A DNA stretch of 63,968 nt, filler included, from Octopus bimaculoides (Eukaryota): the NCBI RefSeq assembly GCF_001194135.2. It is 6 parts of 6 records of this genome, joined end to end, with 100 filler letters (N's around TTAATTAATTAA, not from the genome) between each part and the next. Parts side by side here need not be neighbours in the genome. Positions count along the whole stretch, not along the records: positions 1 to 25,661 come from NC_068991.1; 5 more parts are not named here. One strand, written 5' to 3'. Below are positions 12,521-25,761 of the stretch, one piece after another; position 1 is the first letter of the stretch, and the number at the start of each line of letters is the position of its first letter. Made by a program: the position numbers and the translations under genes. The notes below the pieces were generated by a model that was not told the origin of the DNA, made no database searches, and worked only from the letters and a program-made list of their open reading frames with translations.

Positions 12521-13734
12521 TTATATGTTTTCAACACCACCTGTCTTCGTTTGTTTTTGTGAATTCTCCCTATATATATGTTGTATTTGCTGAATTTTGA
12601 TGGTTGCTTTCGCCATTATTTCGAGCGCCTAAGTTAGATGATTAAGATCGCACGTACATACGCAAGGACACATTCACATTTTCCCTTATACATTAACATA
12701 GATATCAAAAGTCATTAGATCACCAGAAACCGAATCCAGTCGCTACGGAATCGTGCCTCGTCAGCGAGACTGCATCATTTCCTTTGCGGAGACACTTTAT
12801 TCATGCACCAACTAAGTCTTGCTTTCAGGTACCTGACAACTGTAATTATTGAATTCAAATTTAGTAACCAATCAGCGAATTGTGTTCGATATATTATCAT
12901 GTGTAGCTAATCAATGAGAAAAAAAATTAAACGAGAGTTGCTCTTCAAACAGCTTCTTTTACGGGTCGAGGTTTAAGGAATGACCCTTTCACTCATCAGC
13001 CGATTCCATTTAGATTCTTATAGGTAAGACAGGACTGTGGAAATGAATTATTCATTACTTCGCGTTGCCGGGCTCATTTCATTCAGCAGCCATCTATCAC
13101 CTACAGGAAGATATTGATTCACCCGACTGAAAGCTACGGAAGAGTGAAACAACACATCTATGTATTTTATCATAGTTCGGATTAAAACTATGGAAGGTCA
13201 GAGTGAAACAAAATATCTGTGAATTCTATCAAAACCTTCTCCTTTCCTCGTTCGTCAGAAATGCGTTTCCTTGCGTTTGTTCTACATTCTTTTTAGTGGT
13301 TTCATCAGAAGGCTATGGTTAAGCAGTAACATTACTTTGATAGGTTTTAGTCAATAATATCGAACTCAGTACTTGTGAATACGCTATTTTATTTTTATTA
13401 TGAACGGTGAAGTAAGGATTTGTACTCAGAATATGAGGAAACGGAAGTTAATAGCATAATTTATTTTGATCGTTGCACTTCCGATTTTGTAAGAAATACA
13501 TACATGTATACATACGTATATGACAATACACACACATGCGCGCAAGCATACATACACACACACACGCACACACACGCACGCACATACACGTACATACGCA
13601 CACACAAACACACACATACTGGTGTACATAATAAAAGAAAAAGCGTACTATGTACAAAAAGCTAAGCATTAATAATATCTGAGATTTATATTAGAAATAT
13701 TAAGTCATGTGCTAAGTAACTCCAGTATAATATA

Positions 13735-14787
13735 TACGAGGTGGTATCAAAAGGTTCCACTACTTGTTATGTTAGAATAACTAATTTACCTAAGTTTTAA
13801 CATCAGCTCCTTCGAAATAGTCACCTTGCGCAGTAATACAGCGATCTCCACGTTCCTGCCACTTTTGGAATCCAACCTTCTGCGATTGGTTCCTGACCTC
13901 GACACCAGTGTTAAATGTCGTTTTAGAACTCCCGATTTACGGTTTGACTCTGGGGATGAATTCTTGATGCACAGTACTTCGGATGTCGGAAAAAAAACAA
14001 AAAAACGATGCGCATGCTCTTGATTGAGTTGCGGCTCTGTTGTGTTTTCTTCGGTCGTGGAGATGAAGGCCTCTTCCGTTGTGACGACTATTGCTTGGTC
14101 TCAGGGTCGTACCCGTACATCGAACTCTTGTCACTGGTCATGATCCTCGACATAAAAGATGGGTCATCGCTGACGGAAACCTTGACAGACTTCGACGCAA
14201 TATTCTTTCTGATCAGTTCAGCAAGCTGGAGACAAATTTGGCAGAGACACACTGCATGTTCAATTCAGACGTTAGGATTGCTTGCACAGACCCATACGAC
14301 AGACTAACAACATCAGCAATGTCGTTGATCATCCTCCAACGATCCTCATGAACAAGTTGATGAATTTTCTCCACATTTCCAGGGGTGACGCTCGTGGCAG
14401 TTCTTCCAGATCACTCATCGTCTTCCAGGGATATTCTTCCACTTTTAAAGCACCTGTGCCACTCGACACATTGCCTATAACCCATTGCTTCATCGCAATA
14501 AGCTTGTTGGAGTATGCTCAATGTCTCTGCTGCAGACTTTCAAAGTTTAACGCAAAATTTCCCGTTGGCTCTTTGTTCCAGCTTCCTCTCCATGATAAAA
14601 TCGCAGACTGCAATACACACGTGACCACAAAAACACAAATGTCACAACTTGCGAAGTGAACAGAGCGATGTCACGAGGCAATGTGCCGAGTGACAGTCAG
14701 TGCTAGCTCTCACTGCACACGCAGCCATGTGCTGCTATCTGTCGCCGTGTTACAGAACTAGTCCGGAAACTTTGATACCAACTCGTA
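13735..14787 (-). mobile_element. mariner (irritans-like) DNA transposon, internally deleted, non-autonomous
   Basis: Imperfect TIRs tacgaggtggtatcaaaaggttcc / ggaaactttgataccaactcgta with terminal TA. Minus translation MERKLEQRANGKFCVKL*KSAAETLSILQQAY...EWHRCFKSGRISLEDDE*SGR...YGYDPETKQ*SS...KSMRIVFF, jumping to ...WQERGDRCITAQGDYFEG. Confidence 0.92.
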
Positions 14788-14849
14788 AATATATATATAT
14801 AGTATTAATAATGATAAGGAGAATGGAGATTTTTCACATTCATAATTTT

Positions 14850-15615
14850 ATCTAACAATTATTTACAGCATCTTTTCGGAACCTACAAGTGTTTCGACTG
14901 CAGCGACTGTACACTGTTGGATTTGCAACCTAGTATCATGGCCGGTGTAGTTTTATCAGAGTCTACGCCCTCTGCCATTTCGAAGTAAAACTGTAAGAAT
15001 CGATAAATTGAGTGAATAACGTATCTAGAGTAAGGTAGGGGTGACGTTATTAATAGGAATCTTAATTTGGGGTCTACCTCTACTAAAAGTGTGTAAGTGA
15101 CGCGAAGCATAATCCTAAAAATAGGTCATGGTTGTATTAAATGTTTGTGTAGATTTATCATTAATTGTAAAAGTTCATTATTCCACTCATTTTCAAGGGT
15201 ATATTCTTCGTGTAGAGGTATTGTATTACGTTTGATTTAGTTTTTGGTTCTTGGTTTCTTAATTGTAATGGAAATAATGTTTATTGTTGTATTAAGTGTA
15301 ATGTGCTTATTTAAATCATTTAAATGTAAATTTTCTTGCATGAAGGCATCTTAGAGCGCGTTCTTGTTTTGTGTTTATTAGATTAAATTTAGAAGTGAAA
15401 ATTTGGTAAAATTCTTCAACGCCATAGGTAGCATCTCTTATCCTCTATTCTAAAAGATTTAGCGTTGGTAATAATATCCTAGCCTATCGAATATATTTTG
15501 TTACTATCTTTCAGCGATAAATCGACTTACTGTGGCTAACAGCGACCAGATCAACTCACCGAGGCAGTAGCTGCAATCGAAACACATATAGGTCCCAAAA
15601 GGATGATGTAAATAA
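14850..15615 (-). mobile_element. Penelope-like element 3' end (GIY-YIG C-terminus plus pLTR) with an inverted partial pLTR
   Basis: Minus translation IG*DIITNAKSFRIEDKRCYL / VEEFYQIFTSKFNLINTKQERALRCLHARKFTFK* resembles the PLE GIY-YIG C-terminus. 14858-14903 and 15571-15615 are inverted copies with 7 mismatches in 45 nt. Confidence 0.7.
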
Positions 15616-15888
15616 CTATTAAACAAAATTATGAATGTGAAAAATCTCCGTTCTTATCATTATTAATACTATTATTTACTCTATGGAACAATGCAGTCCT
15701 GAACAGGACACTCGGATTCACCCAGCGAGAAAAGTTACCAGGGCCTAACAACTTATTGTTTGTTAGCTCGGGTAGCACATAAAGACCATTGTGGGTAGGT
15801 GGCATATGAAACCGACTTGAAAGGAAACACGGTTACCGCCAGGATAACTTATCCCTTTAAACTCATGTTGAAATATACATACATACAG

Positions 15889-15923
<35 letters not shown>

Positions 15924-15972
15924 CACACACATATATGTCTGTGTGTGTGTCTGCAGATATATATGCATATAA

Positions 15973-16014
<42 letters not shown>

Positions 16015-16121
16015 NNNNNNNNNNNNNNNNNNNNNNNNNNNNNNNNNNNNNNNNNNNNNNNNNNNNNNNNNNNNNNNNNNNNNNNNNNNNNNNNNNNNNN
16101 NNNNNNNNNNNNNNNNNNNNN

Positions 16122-16182
<61 letters not shown>

Positions 16183-16735
16183 GGAGAAAGAGGGAGAGAG
16201 AGAAAGAGATTCATATAAATACAACGCATACATATAGTATTACTATTGTTGTTTTTGTTGTTGGTGTTGTTTTGTCATTGCTGTTGCTATTGTTGTTGCT
16301 GTTAATATATTAATGTCTTACTAAAGCAGCGCTTGCAATTGTAAATTCTGGGTTGTTTGCTCTGTCTGGATGGCTGAAAATGTGGCAGCTAGCCTTTAGG
16401 TAGAGGCAACGGCCGTCGAGCAGCAATGAACGGATTGAATTACAAGAAAACCAATGGGAAAGAGATTGGGCGCCACAAGGCTAGCAGTTCATTTATTATC
16501 GCCAGCCAACTCAACTGAACGCTGTATACATAGATTGATTCATGAAGCTTTTGCCCAACTATTTTCTTAAGACTCTCGTCATTCGTTTTTCCCACAAACC
16601 AACAACATCATTGTCTTATTCTCTCACTCACCGACACCCACTGCCATGCAGATACACAATACACATATACACACAGATATACTGTTCCAGTCAAACACGA
16701 ACACACACTCTCTCTTTCTTTCTCTCTGTCTCTGT

Positions 16736-16804
<69 letters not shown>

Positions 16805-16965
16805 AGTTTACTTCCGAAGCCGAGGCGGGTGTATTTATTTGACAGTTCGCAGCACAACGAGACATCCGCTGTCAGTGTGGTCGTCATTTTCATTTTAAAA
16901 TTGATGACAAAAGTGATATTTAATTCCAGTCGCTGTCCCTTAGCAGTCAAAAGGTATATATGTTC

Positions 16966-17023
<58 letters not shown>

Positions 17024-17396
17024 GTATGTATGTATTATGTATGTATGTACGTATGTATATATATGTGTGTGTATGTACTACGAACGCATGTATGTGTGTA
17101 TGTACGTATATTTGTGTGTATATGTAATGTCTGTATACACATCTATGTGTGTATGAATATATATATGCATGTATAAGGACACAGTACGCTTGTGTCATAT
17201 AGCCANNNNNNNNNNNNNNNNNNNNNNNNNNNNNNNNNNNNNNNNNNNNNNNNNNNNNNNNNNNNNNNNNNNNNNNNNNNNNNNNNNNNNNNNNNNNNNN
17301 NNNNNNNNNNNNNNNNNNNNNNNNNNNNNNNNNNNNNNNNNNNNNNNNNNNNNNNNNNNNNNNNNNNNNNNNNNNNNNNNNNNNNNNNNNNNNNNN

Positions 17397-17457
<61 letters not shown>

Positions 17458-17924
17458 CATACATACACACATACATACATACGTATATTTATATTCGTGA
17501 TTAAACTGACCAAATGACCGAATATCTAAATCTACCATTTAGTTTGCCTCAGTCGATACACACCCAGAGTGCCTCTTTGTGCGTGTGCATGTGTGTGTAT
17601 GAGTGAGTGTGGTTGTGTGTATATATATATATATATATTTGTAAGAAAAAGGCTGCACCCATTCATGAATGCTTGTGTACATCCTTATTCTTACACACAT
17701 ACATACCTGTAGCCATCAGTGGGATATAGTTATTATGTGATGTATTAACTTGGTCTAAATTTCGATTTCATTTATCGATCTTTCGGTTAGTCACAGCTTT
17801 GAAAATACTTGGTGTAGGGGCCCTACAAAACATGACTGTGAATAAAAAGCGATGTCTGCTTAAGTTCGATTCGTACATAGAAGTTAAAACTACGCAACAG
17901 GTAAATTATTACCTACTTTCATAT

Positions 17925-18095
17925 AGGTGGAGTGGCCGTGTGGTAAGTAGCTTGCTTACGAACTGCATAGTTTCGGGTTCAGTCCCACTGCGTGGCACAT
18001 CGGGCAAGTGCATTCTTTTATAGCCTCGGGCCGACCAAAGCCTTGTGAGTGGATTTGGTAGACGGAAACTGAAAGAAGCTCGTCGTATGTATGTA

Positions 18096-18150
<55 letters not shown>

Positions 18151-18375
18151 TTGTGTATATGTTTGTGTGTCTGATTTTGTCCCCTCAACATCACTTGACA
18201 ACCGATGCTGGTGTGTTTATGTCCTCGTAACATAGCGGTTCGGCAAAAGAGATCGATAGTATAAGTATTAGGCTTACAAAGAATAAATCCTGGGGTCGAT
18301 TTGCTCGACTAAAGGCGGTGCTCCAGCATGGCTACAGTCAAATGACTGGAATAAGTAAAAGAGTGAAAGAGTAAA
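17925..18375 (+). mobile_element. tRNA-derived SINE family A, full length with internal (TA)/(GT) microsatellite
   Basis: A-box-like tggccgtgtggtaag, B-box-like gggttcagtccc, body gcctcgggccgaccaaagccttgtgagtggatttggtagacggaaactg, 3' end ggcggtgctccagcatgg...aaaagag repeats. Confidence 0.9.
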
Positions 18376-18852
18376 ACGCTGAATTATATTCATCACAAAT
18401 AAGCAATTGGTACTTTATTTTAGCGATCCTGGAAACCAGCATGAAATAAAAAACTATGGTAAAATGTAGAGAGCAGGAAAAATTTTATTCATTAGTGGGT
18501 GCTCGAACGTTTAAATAATTAAGAAAATCGCTTTGTAACCACGTGATTCTGGGTTCGATCCCATTGTGCGTCACCTTCGACAAGTGACATATGCTGGAAC
18601 TTTAGGTTGACCAATGCCTTGCAAGAGAATATGGGAGGGAGAAACTGCCCATCGTCTCATTCGATCTATTTATCTCTCTCTCTCTCTCCTTCTCTCTCTT
18701 TCTCCTCCTCTCTCTCTCTCTCTCTTTCTCTCTCTATACATATAGATATATAGATATATATGCATATATATACATATATACATACACGCTTACATACATG
18801 CATACATACATACATAATACATACATACACACACACACACACATATATATAT

Positions 18853-18890
<38 letters not shown>

Positions 18891-19321
18891 TCCAACATTA
18901 CTGGGCTTTGAGCATATATCCAGTTAAATAACATAAGGTTAACCGTTCCGCTTTTCTACTATCACCTTTAAATACATTTATTTAAATCATAGATTCATGT
19001 CTATCATAGACACATCACCATTATTAGACAAGTACATGTTTCAAATTACATTTCCACGCTGTGTGCAATAATAATCGTTATAAGACATTATAAAATGAGT
19101 CGTGACAATTAAGGAGGTTTACGTTACAACATTCACAGAGATGAAAATAATCAAACCGTCAATTAGTAACAAGAGCTAAATGAAAATTATATTTCTCTGG
19201 TTTGATATAGTAATGAAGACTTTTTGCTTTTTTTCTTTTTCTTCCCTGCATGATAGATTTAATTCCTCGCCCATTTAAATAAGACCGCACGGGGTATTTG
19301 GAATACATTCCATTGCAAAAT

Positions 19322-19422
19322 TTAGGATCCGATCTTCGGCCTGAGTCCTGGTCTCTTTCTCTTCTCCCTCTCCATCAGTTTCATTGGTCTTAAAAATGGA
19401 TTATCAGGAACTGTCTCTCCAC
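19322..19422 (-). CDS. Candidate short phase-1 terminal exon (GGETVPDNPFLRPMKLMEREKRKRPGLRPKIGS*)
   Basis: Good acceptor gcattttgtattgttcag|G on the minus strand, then 33 codons including TAA. No homology recognised. Confidence 0.2.
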
Positions 19423-19639
19423 CTGAACAATACAAAATGCATTCTGTTAGGAGATGACGTATTTTAATAAGTCATAATATGAAGGCAGACTTTCACTCTC
19501 TTCAGTCTAACAAGTTTTAAATGTCATGATGATAACAGAAATGTCTTTTATACTATTAGATGTTAATAAACAACGCGCTTCTGTGGTCCTTCACATCACA
19601 CATTCTCATATTTGTGGAATTTGTCTGCAGATATGTCCA

Positions 19640-20525
19640 CTCTGTGCTTGATTTAGTGTGAATATCATTGCAAACCAGGTGAGACTTTTGACAATTCTGA
19701 GAATGTTTTTCCAGGTGACAACTGGCCAGTTATGAGAGAAGAAAATGCAAAAGCAGCCCCAATGTATTCTGCTATATTCCAGGGAAACATAAAATAATCA
19801 AATTATGAAAAACTTATGCCGACTCTGTTAACCAGATTCGAGCACTGGGTTGAAACATGATTGTAAAAGTGCACAGTCATCTGGTCTACTTTCCTGTGCA
19901 ATAAGTGATGAGCAAGAAGATAGACGCTACCAAGACATCGAGATCATGGAGACAAGGTATGAAGGCAGGTGAAACACAAGCCTAATGGCTAACTTCTGCT
20001 GATCTCTGCAATGAGACTGTCGAGATGCAAGTATTCACGCAAGGCAGTAAAGAGAAAGTTCACTTCTTGGATAGCTGAAATACCAGTCTGACAGAAATAT
20101 ATATCCTAAGATGTGTAATTAAAAAATTTATGTAATATATTTGTTAAACAATAAAAAGTACTATTTGGCTCGCGTTAGTTTCTTATTTCAGTATTGTATT
20201 TAATAGTAAAAGTGACATTTTTGTTTAACAAAAAATACGGCGTGATAGAAATTTCTGAGGGCATTTCTGAACTCAATGCCATCAAATTAATTAGGACTAA
20301 TTGTAAAAAGAAGACAACTATCTTTTCTTTTTTTTTTTTAGATATGTTCCCTGGTGTTATGAATGAAATTATACAAGCAGCTGACCAGTCTCATTACTTG
20401 TGGACAAACAATACAGTTGTACTCAAGAGAACTGAGTATAGTTTTGAAATCAGCATGCCAATTTTAGTCTAAATCAAGTGAAAAAGCAAACTCAATAGAT
20501 ATTATGTTAAAATTGTTCCCCTGTG
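19640..20525 (+). mobile_element. Chapaev3-like (CMC superfamily) DNA transposon remnant, internally deleted
   Basis: N-terminal CKSSPNVFCYI (cf. CxNxPDxFCYICG) fused to C-terminal GNIK*SNYEKL...VHSHLVYFP...ISDEQEDRRYQDIEIMETRYEGR*NTSLMANFC*SL (cf. HSHLDFFP...SDEQGERFHQDI..ME.RYQG.W...M.ADYCW.L). Possible 3' TIR aaaattgttcccctgtg. Family name is from recalled motifs. Confidence 0.7.
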
Positions 20526-21340
20526 TTATTAATTCCTCTGTCTCTCACTTGTGCGCTCGCACGGTGTTTAACCTGAGGTCAGCTGTACGTGATTAGATGT
20601 GTGTTGTTTTTTCTCACATGAAGGCCATAGAATATGCAAGTATGACCAAGTGGGTAGGAAAATTTATTTGTGGTCAGAAGATTCGTGGTTCGATCACAAC
20701 AGCGCGATACATTAGAGAGAGCTCTTATGATTATCTTTCCCTAGACTAACTGACAAAAAATCTACCATCCTCCACATCTTCCTCATCCTCATCATCATCA
20801 TCACCGACAGCTGCAGCAGCAGCAGCGGCTTTGTCTTCATTGTCACTTCACAGATGTACTGAAGTTGTTGATAAATGTACGCCAGTTGTCGCGCAATATC
20901 ATTTCACTTCGATTATTCCAGTGAATTTTATGTCACCAACTTGCTGCTGTTACTGCTGCTGCTGTTACTGCTGTTGCTGCTTTTATTATTAGGGTTGTTG
21001 TTCTTGCTTAGACCCAGTTCAGCTCTAATCGGAAAGATCTATGATTAATAGTTTTCCAGCTCTAACCTACTCATTTATTATTGAAACAATATATTTTATT
21101 CGTTGCAACATTTCTGTTTTTCTTTCTCTTTTTATCTTTTTTTTAAGAACAGACTTTGATTTAAGTAGATATTTTTCTGTTATCCCTAGCAGGTCATGTA
21201 ACGGAGTAGAGGCTTACAGTCATATATAAAGATATGTGTAAATTTGTGAATATCCTCATTAACAAAGACATGTGCATGAATCTACAATGTGTGTGTGAAC
21301 CCTCATGTTTAAATATATGTATGTTCCTTCATATATAAGG

Positions 21341-21377
<37 letters not shown>

Positions 21378-21878
21378 TTTGCTATATGGAAACGTCGTCA
21401 CATGATAGTCTTGTTAATTTTTAAAAAAATACTATTAAGTGCTATAAATTTTTATTAATAAATCCATTGAACTTTATTATTTGTATTTAAAAAGATTTAC
21501 AGTACTGAAACGAGCTGAACCTCCAGCAATATACTGCAAGTTCTCAAAACCACAAGGGATTTATCACATTTGATGCAGTTTGCCTGGCATCGTTCAAGAC
21601 CAATAAATCGAAATACTGAGAAAAACCATTCCACAGCTGCAGCGAAAATGTTTCACGGCTCACAGGAGAGTTAGTTTATGTTCATTTTGGTGCGAATCTG
21701 ACAACAGATAAAAAGTTACTCTTATACTGACACATGATGAAGATTAGCAAGATTCAGTACTGAGCGGTATATTCGTGTTTAAATCGTATACAGACTTAAA
21801 GATGTACGTTCACATACATACATACATACATACATACATACATACATACATACATACATACATACATGCATGCATGCA

Positions 21879-21909
<31 letters not shown>

Positions 21910-23023
21910 GTATGTACGTGCGTGCGTGTACGTATGTTTAAGACATATTAAGATTTTATACGTAAGTGTGTATGTGCATGCGTGTTTAAGATTTAAAGTT
22001 ATAGACGAAACTTTAGAAATGTACGCAAAGTTTATTAATCACAAATGGTGTGTTGATGTTTTAGTAATTTGCTAATTAAAGTAAATGCAAGGGATCAAAC
22101 AATTGAAAGTGGGACATTTGTATTTAAATTTGAAATTTTAATGTTAATTGGTTCAAAGTAACGCTTATATAATTCGACATTAGCAGAATTGCTAAAAGGC
22201 CTCACACCATCATTCAATGCGTACTACCACTCCTGGTGAGATGAAGAAATAGAAAGAAAGGGCAGTGTTGAATAAAACCACGTTTAGCTGTATATTGGCA
22301 CTAGAAACACAGAAGCTGTTTAAAGGTCTTGTACGTTATTTCTACGGAAGAAATAGCTGGTTGTGTGGTTAAGAAGTTCAGTTAGCAGGTACGTATTCTT
22401 TAGTTTGAAATCATAATGGAGGACCTAGGATATGTGGCATCTACCATAACCATGAGTTAGCTAAAGTCTCCATCAGTGGAATTTGATCGACAGGGAATGT
22501 GTGCAGAATAATTATTTTTGTTCTGGGATGTAAACTTAACCTGTCTTCTTGTTTAACACCAACCCCTGTTCCTTGGGTGACTTTACGATTAAATCAAATA
22601 ATTAAGACGTTCATGTGGTAATTCTGAGGTCCCAGGTTAGATCCCACACTGTGACATATAGAGAAAGTGACATATTGAGAAAATGGCTTTTCCTATAAAC
22701 TTGGGTTGGGCTATACCCGGTAGACGAAATTGGTTTGACGGAAATTGCGTGGAAGGTCATCGGATGGGTTGTACCTGTATTAGAAAGGTACAACTGCCTT
22801 ATCCCATTTCGTCACGCTGATTCCGCTTGAGAATTCTGTTACATTAGTTAGAAGTGTAACGGTCTGTGGAATACTCAGCAATACACAATGGACCAAAAGT
22901 TTAGTCGAGCGAACAACTGAACCTGAGGTTATGATAAACTATATTTGCCCAAGATGTAAGGGTGTGGAATTAAGTTTGCCATTACTTATTTCCAAAGCGG
23001 ACTTCTTACCTACAGGATCATGC

Positions 23024-23056
<33 letters not shown>

Positions 23057-23641
23057 ACTAACTATGAAATCATATCATTTGCGGCTGAATGTTTTTAAGA
23101 GATGACATTCAAGTTGCATTCCCTCGCTGTCAGTACACTATATATTTATTAAGGTAGTTTTGACTTTAAGAGTCCTTATAGCGTAAGGCATTTACGAGTT
23201 GTAATGCCCTTAATATAATAAATGTATTTAAAAGGGAATAAATTAATTATATATTTTGTTAAATTTTTTCCCTTAACTGGTTTTTCACGCTGACTACTTG
23301 ATAAATTCTTTGTGTGGTGGGTTCTTTACAATTGTGGAATGTAAAGTTACCATGGAAAAATTTTACCACCGTGCGGCACATCTCAAACATGTAGACGTCA
23401 CACAATATTTAACTTGCCCCGTTATAACCTCACGCGAGGAAGCGGTCTGGGACCCAACGACACAGTATTTCATTTACAAGGCTGCAAACGGGCGTGCATA
23501 CAGAAGTTATTTCTTTACATACGCGCACATACGCACACATATACACACACATACACACACACACATACACATCCACATGTACACGCACACACATTTATAT
23601 GCATAAATTGTACATATATTTGTATAAATGTATAAATCATT

Positions 23642-23677
<36 letters not shown>

Positions 23678-24924
23678 NNNNNNNNNNNNNNNNNNNNNNN
23701 NNNNNNNNNNNNNNNNNNNNNNNNNNNNNNNNNNNNNNNNNNNNNNNNNNNNNNNNNNNNNNNNNNNNNNNNNNNNNNNNNNNNNNNNNNNNNNNATTAC
23801 ATTGGACGTCATCTATCACACAAATTTAATTTCTAAAACAGAAGTTAACGTTTAGATTGTTTCTACATGTTTGCCTCAGTACAAATTGTATTCAATTTAT
23901 ATATAAATAAAAAATTCAGCGTGACATTACTAACCCACTTCAAATGAAATCCATCGAAATAACCTTCTATATCACCCCTAAATTCTTATTCAAGCTGTTC
24001 CTACTCTAGAAAGTTCCATATCCCTCCTGCAGTGTCTGCAGAGCACTATAAGCTATGTGTGCTTCTGAAAATATTGTAATTGTTACCAAAACTTTGTCCT
24101 TGTTTTTTCGACCTTTCAGCTAATTTCATGACCTCTTTAGCTCAAAGATTTACTGATTTAAATAAAATAAAATATGTTGATGTTATTTTTTAGAAGGTTC
24201 TCACAGTGATGTAGATAAAGAGTGACTGATTCAAGTAGAACACTACATTGGTACTCAGTCACAATTTCATTAAAATTTTTTTTCCATCTCAGCAGAATAA
24301 TCGAAATAATAGATTTAACAGTGAAAGAAATGAATGACTTCCAGATTTCAAAAATATTTAATCGTGATGTTTAACGTAGAATTACGGTTAGAAGAACAAC
24401 TGTTGTGCTATACATCTAATACTCATAGTATTCCTCTAGGCCTAATACATTCACAATATTCCATTTGATACTGTTTTCTGTGGCGTGAAGTAGATAGACG
24501 TTCCAACTGAGCTAAAAACAGCTACTCGCTCTATATTCCCGATTGAAGCAATTAAAACACAATTATGTCGTTATTATTGACACAACATCCCACATCTCTT
24601 GGGATATCAACTGAAACCAATATTTTATTTGATCTTTGTTAATCACCATGAAAGAAAAATAAACGATCCTCAACTGAAATGCTGCTATGGTTTCTTAGTC
24701 AGACTGGAGTGCTTCTGTTGAAAAAAAAATGCCTCTGATAAGGTCACGGAAATCTCACATTTTCTCTCTTATTAACCTGAAAGATTTTATATTTGCATTT
24801 CATGAAACAGGCGTGGGCAGGTAATCACCATAGACTTGAAAAATTATTGTATTTGGGTAGTAGATGATTGAATTGTAAACAAACAGGAAGCACAAATTGG
24901 ATTTAAATTTTGGCATAAGCCAGC

Positions 24925-25110
24925 AATTGTGGTGGCACGGGGAAAGACTATTACATCGACCCCAGTACCAACTAGTATTTATCTTAACGACTCTGAAAGG
25001 ATGAAAGGCAAGGTCGACCCTGGCGACATTTGAGCTCACAGCGTATAGCCATAAGTAATACTAGTAAGAATTCTGTCGACGTGCAAACAATTCTGCCTGC
25101 TCACCGCCTT
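24925..25110 (-). mobile_element. SINE family B copy
   Basis: gaaaggatgaaaggcaaggtcgaccctggcgacatttgagctc...caccgcctt head. Confidence 0.8.
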
Positions 25111-25620
25111 AAACAGCAAGCATATATTAGGTTTATTTTTTTTTACCACAAGCAAATCGTTGTTTCTGAGTCTAAAACAGAAATATCGGTGACTTCCTGC
25201 CTAGTCCCAGATCAGCCCTGATCCAAGAGATTTGCAGCCAATGAGGATTTAGTTGCATTTATACGCTCTGCAGGACAGTGTATATTTTTCAAGGTTTCGA
25301 GGGAAGCAACCACTGGAGCGGTGTGTAAACACAATGATTAGAAGAGTAAACACAAAAAAATGGTTGAACAAGCAGTAGTAAAAAGCCTACGAGTAAGACA
25401 CACAGGTAGATCTGAAGTCATTTATGAATTTGTGGGAAGTATGTAAGTGCAAAGGGGAAATTTTTACAGTAAAGATTTGTTGTACGAAGCGAATTTCATT
25501 TTAGTTATATTGTGCTTTTTAAATAATCGTAATGTCTTTGCAGTGTGTACAAAAAGTTGCGAAATTCAGGTCATCGGTGAAGAAAGCGATTTAGTGAATA
25601 AGGGATAAAAGATTATGTTC

Positions 25621-25661
<41 letters not shown>

Positions 25662-25761
25662 NNNNNNNNNNNNNNNNNNNNNNNNNNNNNNNNNNNNNNN
25701 NNNNNTTAATTAATTAANNNNNNNNNNNNNNNNNNNNNNNNNNNNNNNNNNNNNNNNNNNN
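25662..25761. other. Artificial scaffold join spacer (44N-TTAATTAATTAA-44N)
   Basis: Exactly 44 N + 12 nt + 44 N = 100 bp; identical at four other sites; stop codons in all six frames. Confidence 0.95.

Noticed and set aside
12578-12780. Possible solo LTR (TGTTG...CA)
   Set aside because: No convincing terminal inverted dinucleotide context, TSD or second copy.
15820-15860. gttaccgccaggataac resembling mitochondrial 16S rRNA (possible NUMT)
   Set aside because: The similarity is limited to about 15 nt and the flanks do not continue the rRNA.
17925-18000. tRNA-like A/B boxes as a tRNA gene
   Set aside because: They are the head of SINE family A; no complete cloverleaf is present and the SINE body follows.
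23298-23510. Complex ORF segment MEKFYHRAAHLKHVDVTQYLTCPV...
   Set aside because: No recognisable motif, poor acceptor, no donor, and it runs into a CA microsatellite.
25340-25450. Possible second maT 5' remnant (MVEQAVVKSLRVRH...)
   Set aside because: Too short and diverged to distinguish from chance.
25706-25717. Recurrent palindromic TTAATTAATTAA motif (5 copies) as a biological site
   Set aside because: It is always centred in exactly 44+44 N, so it is an assembly spacer with six-frame stops.
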